The notes under the pieces were generated by a model. That model worked only from the letters and a program-made list of their open reading frames with translations. It did no database searches and was not told where the DNA came from. This document shows, piece by piece, positions 38,947 through 47,810 of a DNA stretch of 64,000 nucleotides (within the stretch, counting starts at the first letter, position 1; each line of letters begins with the position of its first letter). Position numbers and translations under genes: made by a program. This DNA is from a virus, in IMG/VR virus record IMGVR_UViG_3300010883_007299, positions 1 through 64,000 of that record. One strand, written 5' to 3'.

Positions 38947-39564
38947 CTAACTCGATGGATCTAAATCATTGCCCATCATAAGTTGTGAATGGGTGTCTTG
39001 CCAATCTTTAAGTTCATCAAACAAAGATTGTGCAAACATAAAACTCATTCTAGCTTCAGATTCCATATTATCATTCAATCTAGATTCAAGTTCTTTTATA
39101 GATTTTTTAAGATCAACAAAATCAAATACTGTTGCTTTACCTGGCACCAAATCTTTAATCATCTGACCACCATATAGATCACCACCATGTCTCACATAGA
39201 TATGAGCCATAAGTTTATCATCATCATTATTGATTCTCATAATTCTATCAATGTGGCTTCTAGTTGAAACGAATGTGGGAGGTTCTGCTTCCATATCTTC
39301 TTCGTAGATTTCATCCCACAATTCCAAATAATCATTATAAAGTCTGATAGCTCTACAAGTATCTGGGTCAATAAGATTTCTCTCAACAGCAAATCTTTCC
39401 ATCACATCGTATATTAAATGTAGATTAAAACAATATACGGCATAGACTTCAGCATCCATACCTTTTACTAATGTCATTGCCATGGGGTGTCGTTCTGTTT
39501 CCATGTGTATATCTCTAAGAGATGTCCGCAGGTTATCAGTACGCTCTGATTTAATATCATTCAT
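38947..39564 (-). CDS. hemO: Heme oxygenase
   Basis: Proximal His (RDIHMETE) and distal helix AHIYVRHGGDLYGGQ; GGAGG RBS favours start 39564. Confidence 0.9.
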   Translation of the reverse strand: MNDIKSERTDNLRTSLRDIHMETERHPMAMTLVKGMDAEVYAVYCFNLHLIYDVMERFAVERNLIDPDTCRAIRLYNDYLELWDEIYEEDMEAEPPTFVSTRSHIDRIMRINNDDDKLMAHIYVRHGGDLYGGQMIKDLVPGKATVFDFVDLKKSIKELESRLNDNMESEARMSFMFAQSLFDELKDWQDTHSQLMMGNDLDPSS

Positions 39565-39583
39565 TATGTAATACCTCCACCAA

Positions 39584-39622
39584 TATTTATCGGGCAATAT
39601 CCAGAAGGATATTACCCGATAA
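39584..39622 (-). promoter_or_regulatory. 16-bp hairpin with overlapping GATAAATA late-promoter variant upstream of hemO
   Basis: TTATCGGGTAATATCC-TTCT-GGATATTGCCCGATAA; GATAAATA at 39591-39584. Confidence 0.6.
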
Positions 39623-39642
39623 TCAAAAGAAATAAAATGTGA

Positions 39643-41907
39643 TTAGTCTGTAGGACCAGAGTGCATACAGTAAACATCACGGTGGTTATCATTTCTATTC
39701 CATTGGAACCAACTGTAATGATAACAACTTCTGTTAGTTCTATCATACCCAGCCCACATGACCTTACCTCTATCATCTAGGTAAGCCATATTGGGATAGT
39801 GTCCAGAACCAAAAGCCATTAGATTAACAAGTCTAGTACCTGACGGCCAAAAAGACTTTCTCTTATTCTCAAAGTTCAAGCCTTCAAATCCTGCATCGGA
39901 CGTTGCCGGCCAGTTATGACTGTTCCAACCAGTATCATTTCCACCATGTTGAAACCATCGAGAAGTATAACCATCTTCGCCTCTACCACCAGAATATATA
40001 GAACCATTATAATCCAAATACATCGGGTCACTATACTGGTATGAAGCATCACCACGATCCGAGTTCCATCCAGAAACCCATTTAACGTGTTGTGGACCTT
40101 TAATCATTGTAAACATATTCTGAATACCACCAGAAGTATACCAGTAGTTATTTGCTGTGACAGAACTACCTCTACCACCGTTTGCATAGCCACCATTCAT
40201 TTCCCAAGTAGCACCTGTACTCTTCTGTCGCATGGCGATCCAATCATCTTCGTTATCACCTCCGATCCAGAACTCATCAACATCTCCGTTCGGTCGGAAG
40301 TTCAATTTCTTAAATGATCCAAACTGGTGAGCTCCTTGATAACCAATCGGCGCCCAACCTGGCCAGTAACTCTGATCTTCATAACCACAAGCCCATAGCC
40401 AACCATCATTGGTTAAGATCCATGTTGAACCCCAGGTGTTGCCATCCATGACAGCAAACTGTTTGATTCCACCATAGTCATTCCAATCAATACCAACTCG
40501 TCTTGGATTGTAGGTGTGATATGTACCATTTCTATGACCAAGTCCTAATTCACCGTTATAGTTGTGACCCCAGGACCATAAGAAACCTTCTTCATCCATT
40601 GCATAGAATCTACCTTGTGTCGCACCGCCGGACCATATATCAATAATCATCTTACCATCAAACATTGATTGCGGAATCCGGAAAGGACGATTAAAATGTG
40701 AACTATACCAACCCCAAGGCCAAACAGATGTTCCAGTTTGGTTACCAACAACTTCTCTGGTACCCATTGTAAAGTCTAGACCATCTGGACCTAAAGAAGT
40801 AGTACCTGACCAGTTGCCATCATTCTTAACGTGTGGGTTACCAAAACCAAGTTGACCTTCGTTATTGTATCCCCACATCCAAACAGAACCATCTTCACCG
40901 ATAGCACCGGTTGAAGTTGAACCTGTATCTGTAGCAGAACCAGTATTAGTAACTTTAACAATCTTCGTTTGGTTAAAAGTTTTAGTAGGATTACCAAGCC
41001 AATCAGTTGTATCGTTAGCTGTGACTCTTTCTGTCCATGGTCTGGAACTTGTATGCCAAGATCCCATCTGACCATGTCCATTATATCCTGCAGAATAAAC
41101 TTCACCATTATTCATTACGAAATAAGAAGTATCATGTCCATTTACTATTTGCATAGTACGAGGACATTCTCCATCAGGAGTAGGTAATCCTTTATCATCT
41201 GTATAGGTGTTAGGATTAAAACTGGAACAATCAGAACTCATCAACCAATCTGTGAATGTAAATCCTGTATATCTGTGTTTACCATAACCATGGCCACCGA
41301 TCTGACTTTCTCCAAGTCCAGATTTGGATCCGTTATCATCTCCACCAATATGCATTACTGTTCCATCGGAACAAAGAGCCATACAATCGTGATACCATTG
41401 ATGTTGGAAAGACCTAGCATCAATACCCATATTGTATCTCCAACCTAATGGGGCGAAGCCGGCAAAAGTAATAACTTCGTGACGACCATCTCTGCCACGA
41501 CGAGATTCAAATACCTTTGTCCAATACTCTGATTCTTCAACCCAAGTATTTCTAAACCTAGTCTGTTTAATACACTGGTAAAATTTACCATTTGCTTTAC
41601 AGAATTCACCAGGCTCATATTGGCGATGGTAGTCCCAAAGCGCACAATCAGGTGCACCTCTCATGTGTAGTGCCCAGTAAGTTCTATTATCTGGACGATA
41701 ACTTCTTTGGACTGCTTCTGGATGTTCAAACGCATAGTTAGTTGTATTAACTGTACCCTCATTGTAGATTACAAAGTCTACAGGACAGTCCCTAATACAA
41801 CGATAACTCTTACCGTGCCACTGTACAACATCATTCTTGCTGTAAGCTTTACGAGGTCGCCATCTAGATTTCCAATTAAGTCTTAATTTACTAGTGTCTA
41901 AAGCCAT
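39643..41907 (-). CDS. RCC1/BLIP-II-repeat beta-propeller protein, probable receptor-binding/fibre component
   Basis: GEVYSAGYNGHGQMG, VWMWGYNNEGQLG, LWSWGHNYNGELG; N-terminal W...Y..NDVV repeats. Confidence 0.8.
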   Translation of the reverse strand: MALDTSKLRLNWKSRWRPRKAYSKNDVVQWHGKSYRCIRDCPVDFVIYNEGTVNTTNYAFEHPEAVQRSYRPDNRTYWALHMRGAPDCALWDYHRQYEPGEFCKANGKFYQCIKQTRFRNTWVEESEYWTKVFESRRGRDGRHEVITFAGFAPLGWRYNMGIDARSFQHQWYHDCMALCSDGTVMHIGGDDNGSKSGLGESQIGGHGYGKHRYTGFTFTDWLMSSDCSSFNPNTYTDDKGLPTPDGECPRTMQIVNGHDTSYFVMNNGEVYSAGYNGHGQMGSWHTSSRPWTERVTANDTTDWLGNPTKTFNQTKIVKVTNTGSATDTGSTSTGAIGEDGSVWMWGYNNEGQLGFGNPHVKNDGNWSGTTSLGPDGLDFTMGTREVVGNQTGTSVWPWGWYSSHFNRPFRIPQSMFDGKMIIDIWSGGATQGRFYAMDEEGFLWSWGHNYNGELGLGHRNGTYHTYNPRRVGIDWNDYGGIKQFAVMDGNTWGSTWILTNDGWLWACGYEDQSYWPGWAPIGYQGAHQFGSFKKLNFRPNGDVDEFWIGGDNEDDWIAMRQKSTGATWEMNGGYANGGRGSSVTANNYWYTSGGIQNMFTMIKGPQHVKWVSGWNSDRGDASYQYSDPMYLDYNGSIYSGGRGEDGYTSRWFQHGGNDTGWNSHNWPATSDAGFEGLNFENKRKSFWPSGTRLVNLMAFGSGHYPNMAYLDDRGKVMWAGYDRTNRSCYHYSWFQWNRNDNHRDVYCMHSGPTD

Positions 41908-41934
41908 TTGCTTATTACCTTAATTTAATTTGTT

Positions 41935-42348
41935 TTAGAATCCAAGCGCTGTAATGTGAGCTGCTTTATCTGTTTCTACTTGTGCCAAGCCATCAACAAT
42001 TGCCGTTGTTCCCGCAGAAACACCAGCCAGGATTTCAACTTGTGATTTGCCAGTCATAAAAGCATCTTCCATTGCTTGTAGTTCCTGCCTTAACTGACCT
42101 TGTGACATTGCCTCAACCTTGACTGCATCAAGGACTGCTTGATCGTCTGCTACTCCCTTATCATATACTTTAACTTCGTAGTCTCCCTGAGGCGCCACTA
42201 CAGTTACATTACTGTCATCGTAAGAAAAGAACTCTTTGTCATCATATGATAACAAGAAAACAGGTGTATCAGCTACATCAGAATACGCAGGTTGCACATA
42301 ATCGTTATTGAGGGCAGTAGCCTTGTGACTATAAATTTTCGCTGCCAT
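41935..42348 (-). CDS. Hypothetical late protein (possible fibre chaperone)
   Basis: TATAAATA at 42399-42392 and GGAG RBS; lies between RCC1 genes. Confidence 0.6.
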   Translation of the reverse strand: MAAKIYSHKATALNNDYVQPAYSDVADTPVFLLSYDDKEFFSYDDSNVTVVAPQGDYEVKVYDKGVADDQAVLDAVKVEAMSQGQLRQELQAMEDAFMTGKSQVEILAGVSAGTTAIVDGLAQVETDKAAHITALGF

Positions 42349-42402
42349 TTTATTTTATCTCCGTTATAAAAAATATTTTGTTTTGTTGTACTATTTATAT
42401 AG

Positions 42403-45168
42403 TTATCGGCCTATGCCTGGGTTAATCATTTGACCATTATTGTGACTGTTGTAAGTCCAATCATTATGTCCACCAGCATGGTTTCCATCATTACTACTAT
42501 GGCCACTGAATCCGATTACTAATTGTTGTCCATCTTCTGTGATGAACCAAGGCATCATACCATACCAACTGGCAGCTTGATGACCTCCTTGTGGTATAAT
42601 ATGTGAAATCTTAGTGCCAGCAGGTTGATAAACATGGTAAGGTTTATAAGTTCCATCTTCACCCGTCCAGTTATCGGCAGCATGAGGATTAGCACAACTT
42701 TTATAATTGTTTCGACCCTGTGTAAAGCATTCGCCTTCATCCGTAAGCCAATAACCCATATTGCCATCAGAATACGTACCGCAATAATAAACTTCTTTCA
42801 GGTTCTTAATCTTACCAATGAGTACAGGCGGATAGTTATTGCCTGTGCCACCATCACCAGAAGCATAATAAGTTCCAGAAAATCCAGCATGGTAAGTATC
42901 ACCATTCTGAGTTCTCATCCACAAACCGTGGTAAGAGTTAAAGTGTTGTCCCCAAATGTCAACAATATTACCATTAGGCGGACTTGTCATTTTTGTAGGA
43001 CTGTCTTGATGGTTAGTTGTATCCGCACCACTAGCGTTACCATAACCGTTATAGCCACCATGCCACACAAAGCCGTTGCCGTCTAATATATAAACACATG
43101 TGTTACTGGAATATCCAGCAATTTGCCAAGCGGCGATACCATTATTAGCAACAGGATCCCACGGTGTAGTAGATCCACCACCCCACTTCACAGGACGCCA
43201 ATAGTCAGTTGTGTTATTCTGATTGAACCAACCAGAGTTATTACTACCCCAACAATAGAGTTGATCGTCTGCTGTTCTTGCCCAACAACCTTGATAGTTG
43301 TCTCCGCAAGTAGCAATATCTACTATTCGTTTGTTCTCAAAGTATTCTTGAGGAATCTTATATGGAGCACCCCAACTTTCTGTACGTCCATTTCCTAACT
43401 GACCGTAACCATTGTAACCCCATGTCCAAACCTGACCCTTATCATCAAGAGCCATACAAGTATGTGTATCGGTCTCTTGCTGAGTACCAGTAGAAATCTT
43501 GATGATGTGAACACCTTCCAAGTTTTGTACGGGTTGCGGAACTGGATGATTTGTGAATTGTCCACCACCAGCCTGACCGTGGCCACCATAACCTTTATGG
43601 TGTACTTCGCCATTATCAAACAGCCAGTAATGAAAACCCCAACCTCTTTCTATCTGTACACATTTAGGTGTATGGAATTTACCAACTCGGTTTGTATGCC
43701 TTCCTCTCCATTCGCCACCTTTAATGCCAGAATCGTGAGCACCAAACCAGTTCTTATCTTCTGACTCATGCCAATCACGGAACTGGAAGTCCATTTCCAT
43801 CCAGTAACCAATTCCATCATCGGTGTGGCCATTCCAAGCTTCTGCGCCAGCAGTTGGGCCCCGTCCTAGATTCCATACCGTTCCGTTCTTATCAATCATA
43901 GCACGTGAACGATAGGTTTCAAAGTTACTATTGTTTACGTTCTTATAGGGCCAATTCATTCTGCCCATGTTGTTCGCCCAAATAGTAGCCTGTTGGTTTG
44001 TATTACCACCCGAAAGGTTTTCCCATCTCTGATCGAAACCTTGATTTTCTTCTGGAACACCTCGGTGATCCAATGCAGTTCCTATACCAGAAGTATTTGT
44101 AGTATCTTTAGCACTCTCTACCAATGGTCCGCCATGTCCACCTGTCTTACCCATATCAACTGACATAAGTTTTGAACGTGTCCTTTCCATTGATTGACTT
44201 GTCTGCGGCGGTGTACCGCTAGTATCAGCCAAAGCCCTATAGAATCCAACTGTAGAATATGAACGTTGGTCAGGCACGTTTAGGTTTGTTTGTGGTGTAC
44301 CACCTGTACCAGTGTGGTGTCTATAAGAAACTAGATCACCCCAATAATACTGTTTACTTGCTTCCCATACGCCTCGATAAGTTAGACCAGGCATTGTCAT
44401 TAGATCCCAATATGAATGTCCTATCCAACCTTGTTCAATAATGAGTCCTTTATCATACCACATATCAGCAGTAGCAACACTAAAGGGATAAACTCGTTCT
44501 TCTCCAGCAGGGACATGGAGCTCGACACGACGATGCCTATTAGCCATTGTGTTAAACAATGTTGCTGTTGCCATAGAAGCAACATAAGCTGTCTGTGTAA
44601 CTTCTTTTCTATTCAAGTAATATTTTAAAGGCGAATCAACAGTACTGTTCCAAATAGTTGTTCCAGAACCATGAGTACCATCAGCCGCTAAACTGAAGTC
44701 TAAAGCATAACCTTGGTTAGTGCTGTGGTTCTGATAAAAACTAAAATGACCACACTCATAGAAGTATGGTAGACTCTCAGAATTCATTGCATTACCACTA
44801 ACACCAGCAATTTTAAATCGCTGAGTGGTTTCTAGTTCTGTTTCAACCTCGTAATTATTTTCTACGGGTTTGAGGTTGTAATGAAAATTGCCATCGTCAG
44901 TCAAAGAATGATATGCATTAATATCTATATCAGATTCTAAACGACCCTTGGCCATATTTTCCCGTGTGTTCCATATAGTTCTATGATTTTTATATCCTAG
45001 ACCTTTGTCGCCCGGAGCGAATGTTTCAAACCCATTAGCGAGATAACCCTGAGTATTAATCCACAACTTACCACCCCACTGAACTACATCGTCCAATTCG
45101 TAGGTAATATTGGGATCCCATTCTCCTTCAAATGCGAGTTTAATTTTTCCTAAATCAATTTTAGCCAT
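42403..45168 (-). CDS. RCC1-repeat beta-propeller fibre protein
   Basis: GQVWTWGYNGYGQLG and related repeats; N-terminal LGKIKLAFEGEW. Confidence 0.8.
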   Translation of the reverse strand: MAKIDLGKIKLAFEGEWDPNITYELDDVVQWGGKLWINTQGYLANGFETFAPGDKGLGYKNHRTIWNTRENMAKGRLESDIDINAYHSLTDDGNFHYNLKPVENNYEVETELETTQRFKIAGVSGNAMNSESLPYFYECGHFSFYQNHSTNQGYALDFSLAADGTHGSGTTIWNSTVDSPLKYYLNRKEVTQTAYVASMATATLFNTMANRHRRVELHVPAGEERVYPFSVATADMWYDKGLIIEQGWIGHSYWDLMTMPGLTYRGVWEASKQYYWGDLVSYRHHTGTGGTPQTNLNVPDQRSYSTVGFYRALADTSGTPPQTSQSMERTRSKLMSVDMGKTGGHGGPLVESAKDTTNTSGIGTALDHRGVPEENQGFDQRWENLSGGNTNQQATIWANNMGRMNWPYKNVNNSNFETYRSRAMIDKNGTVWNLGRGPTAGAEAWNGHTDDGIGYWMEMDFQFRDWHESEDKNWFGAHDSGIKGGEWRGRHTNRVGKFHTPKCVQIERGWGFHYWLFDNGEVHHKGYGGHGQAGGGQFTNHPVPQPVQNLEGVHIIKISTGTQQETDTHTCMALDDKGQVWTWGYNGYGQLGNGRTESWGAPYKIPQEYFENKRIVDIATCGDNYQGCWARTADDQLYCWGSNNSGWFNQNNTTDYWRPVKWGGGSTTPWDPVANNGIAAWQIAGYSSNTCVYILDGNGFVWHGGYNGYGNASGADTTNHQDSPTKMTSPPNGNIVDIWGQHFNSYHGLWMRTQNGDTYHAGFSGTYYASGDGGTGNNYPPVLIGKIKNLKEVYYCGTYSDGNMGYWLTDEGECFTQGRNNYKSCANPHAADNWTGEDGTYKPYHVYQPAGTKISHIIPQGGHQAASWYGMMPWFITEDGQQLVIGFSGHSSNDGNHAGGHNDWTYNSHNNGQMINPGIGR

Positions 45169-45191
45169 TGCTTTTTTCCCTGTTTAAATTT

Positions 45192-47786
45192 TTATCCAAT
45201 AGGTGGCGGAGACATAACGTTTTCTCTGCTATTTCTCATGCCGCCATCCATATAATGTGATTCGTACCCACAATGTAGGAACCTGTTTCTATCTGTAATT
45301 ATACTACAACGCCAATAGTGATTGGTTGTATCATTAGATGTATAACCAAAAGGCCTAATACTTCTAATATGTCCTTGACAATCATTCATCAGTCGAGGCA
45401 TCTGGGCATAACCATTACTCCTATCTTCAATTCCGTTTGGTCTATCTTGACTTGCATTAGCATAAGTGTCAGACCAACCCATTGAAGATGAACCACGACT
45501 ATTTCTTCCACCCACAAACATATGTCCACCGTTTGTTAAGATAAAGACATTATGATAATCATAACCACTCATGCCCCATACACCCTTAATGTCTTTCATG
45601 GATACACCAAGGTTTGTGCCACCTACACTAAACTGTGGTATAACCGGAGCGTTTGTGTTTGAAGCACTTCCGTTACATAATTGATAATTTTGATTACTAC
45701 CACAAGCCTGCATATTTCCATCATCGCCTTTAACGTATATGGAACCATATTGGCCACATCCAATTAACCAGAAGTTTGCAGCTGTACCTGTACCAGAACC
45801 ATAACCCAAAGAAGCTTGAGTAAATATATTCTGTTGACTTGTCGTTCCTGACATAGCCCAACCTCTACCATTATATCCAGTGGTATAAATCTTCCCAGCA
45901 GATGTAAGAGCACAAGCCCTTCCATATGAAGCTCGTTCATCACACCAGAATTTTACAATAGTTTCACCCACACCCAATTCTAGATGTGCGCCACTACCAT
46001 CCTCACCAATAGCAAGTAATGGAGCTGTAGCCTGTGATGTACTATTAATTCCTAACTGACCGTAACCATTATAACCGCAACTGTAAATTCTACCCTGTGC
46101 AGTATAGAAATAACTGGATCCATATGAACCACCACACATCCACATATCTCTAATTTTCTGCAAGTTAAAGAAAGCGTTGTTAATCTTCTGAGGTCTATTA
46201 TGGTTAGTTGTACTACCAATTCCTAACTGACCGTAACCATTGTAGCCCCACATCCAAACATCACCATTCTCGTCAATAGCACCACAGTGGTGTGTACTAT
46301 CACCTTCACTAGACCAGTTAGAAAGATGAATGTCAGACATTCTTAAATCTCTCCAAACGTGTGTTGCTGTGTTTGTAGCGTCATAAATTTCTTGATATGT
46401 ACCACCAACTCGTTGCGGAAAACTTCTACTTGAGTTTGCCGCATCTCCATTCTGTCCATGTCCACCATAACCCCAGTGATACACTTCGCCATTGTTCATC
46501 AAGACCAAACCAGTTTCGTAACCTACCTGATACTTAATAACTTTAGGAGCTTTTCCATCTGGAGTATTATGTACACCTGTTCCACCATGATCTGTAGAAC
46601 GGTACCAATCCAAAAATGGAAAGTTTACATTACTCATTGTCATCATAGTTTGGTTGTGAGCATTCTGACCCGTAGAAGATGAACCCTGGACCATAATGTT
46701 ACCACGACCACCAATGAATGTTGGAAAGTTATGAGCCTCATATTTCTGATAGTTATTACCCAATCGTCGTGTTGGGTTATCCATACCCAAGACAGTTTCA
46801 TGCATAGGTTGTTCTATCGCTTCGATATAGTCACCAGTAAATGTTGCAATCTGTCCTTGTGCCTTATCAGAAGCAATAACACTGTCATCAAAATCTTCAT
46901 CAGAAGATACTAGATCCCAGTTAGCATTGTTGTTCCAAGGCAATGTGGTATTTGTTCCATCAGCTTGATGATCCTGTACACAAATGTAATTCGCCTTTGT
47001 TGTTCTTACCTGGTCATGCATCAAGAAGCCTGAGCCTCCAGTAGCATCACCACCAGAAAACTGTGAACCACCTAGTGTGTTATCATAAGGAACATCAATA
47101 TGAACTACATCGTTTACATAGTACTGTGTGGTTGCTGTATTAACGTGTGCTCCCTTCCAATCAAGACTTTCTCTAACAGTTCGCCAGTACATTGTAGCAT
47201 TAGTAACTGTAATTTCGTTACCCATGCCTGTACCGTGGACGCCACAATGATACCAAAGGTCTGCAGGTGATCCACCTGCAGGTGCAGTATCATGTACACT
47301 AATTTCTATTCGTCTTGTTGTAGCAGCATTAAAGTTTGTAACATTTTCGTACTGTGCCTGTGATTTCAACCTACCATCAAGATAGTAACGAACTCCTTTT
47401 GCATAATCTGCTACTGAAACATTACCGTTTGTTCCAAATAGCATCGGATGTCCGTCATTTGTAGAATCATCTTGATTAAAATGATGAAGTTCACCCCGTT
47501 TGAAAGTTAATGCTGGGTTAGTTATAGCAGCCGCATTTTGCATACCTTGACCAGCAAGAAAGAAAGTGTTTCCTGATCCACTTGGATATGTTGTACCAGC
47601 AGCGACAGTAACTAGATAATCAACTTCCCTGGGAATAGAGGGTAAGTTACCTGTACTTGGAGCAACACAAACAAAATCAGTGTTTCCTCTCTGCACTACA
47701 TCGTCAATGACATAAGCGGTACCAGCGTTGTAATCGCCCTTATAATTGAAATGCAAATTTCCTATATTTGTTGTTGTGACTGACAT
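45192..47786 (-). CDS. RCC1-repeat fibre protein with cupredoxin-like insert
   Basis: VWMWGYNGYGQLG repeats; GHP...YHCGVHGTGMG motif. Confidence 0.8.
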   Translation of the reverse strand: MSVTTTNIGNLHFNYKGDYNAGTAYVIDDVVQRGNTDFVCVAPSTGNLPSIPREVDYLVTVAAGTTYPSGSGNTFFLAGQGMQNAAAITNPALTFKRGELHHFNQDDSTNDGHPMLFGTNGNVSVADYAKGVRYYLDGRLKSQAQYENVTNFNAATTRRIEISVHDTAPAGGSPADLWYHCGVHGTGMGNEITVTNATMYWRTVRESLDWKGAHVNTATTQYYVNDVVHIDVPYDNTLGGSQFSGGDATGGSGFLMHDQVRTTKANYICVQDHQADGTNTTLPWNNNANWDLVSSDEDFDDSVIASDKAQGQIATFTGDYIEAIEQPMHETVLGMDNPTRRLGNNYQKYEAHNFPTFIGGRGNIMVQGSSSTGQNAHNQTMMTMSNVNFPFLDWYRSTDHGGTGVHNTPDGKAPKVIKYQVGYETGLVLMNNGEVYHWGYGGHGQNGDAANSSRSFPQRVGGTYQEIYDATNTATHVWRDLRMSDIHLSNWSSEGDSTHHCGAIDENGDVWMWGYNGYGQLGIGSTTNHNRPQKINNAFFNLQKIRDMWMCGGSYGSSYFYTAQGRIYSCGYNGYGQLGINSTSQATAPLLAIGEDGSGAHLELGVGETIVKFWCDERASYGRACALTSAGKIYTTGYNGRGWAMSGTTSQQNIFTQASLGYGSGTGTAANFWLIGCGQYGSIYVKGDDGNMQACGSNQNYQLCNGSASNTNAPVIPQFSVGGTNLGVSMKDIKGVWGMSGYDYHNVFILTNGGHMFVGGRNSRGSSSMGWSDTYANASQDRPNGIEDRSNGYAQMPRLMNDCQGHIRSIRPFGYTSNDTTNHYWRCSIITDRNRFLHCGYESHYMDGGMRNSRENVMSPPPIG

Positions 47787-47810
47787 CGTTATTCGTCCTC
47801 TATCCTTTTA

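Noticed and set aside
38262-39564. Cyanophage assignment based on the bilin genes
   Set aside because: No photosynthesis genes in the window. The reductase looks PcyX-like, and the pilin and ROSE-like leader point to a proteobacterial host. The host remains undetermined.
39643-47786. Possible diversity-generating retroelement target/template repeats
   Set aside because: No reverse transcriptase in the window, and the repeats are short and identical rather than differing at adenines.
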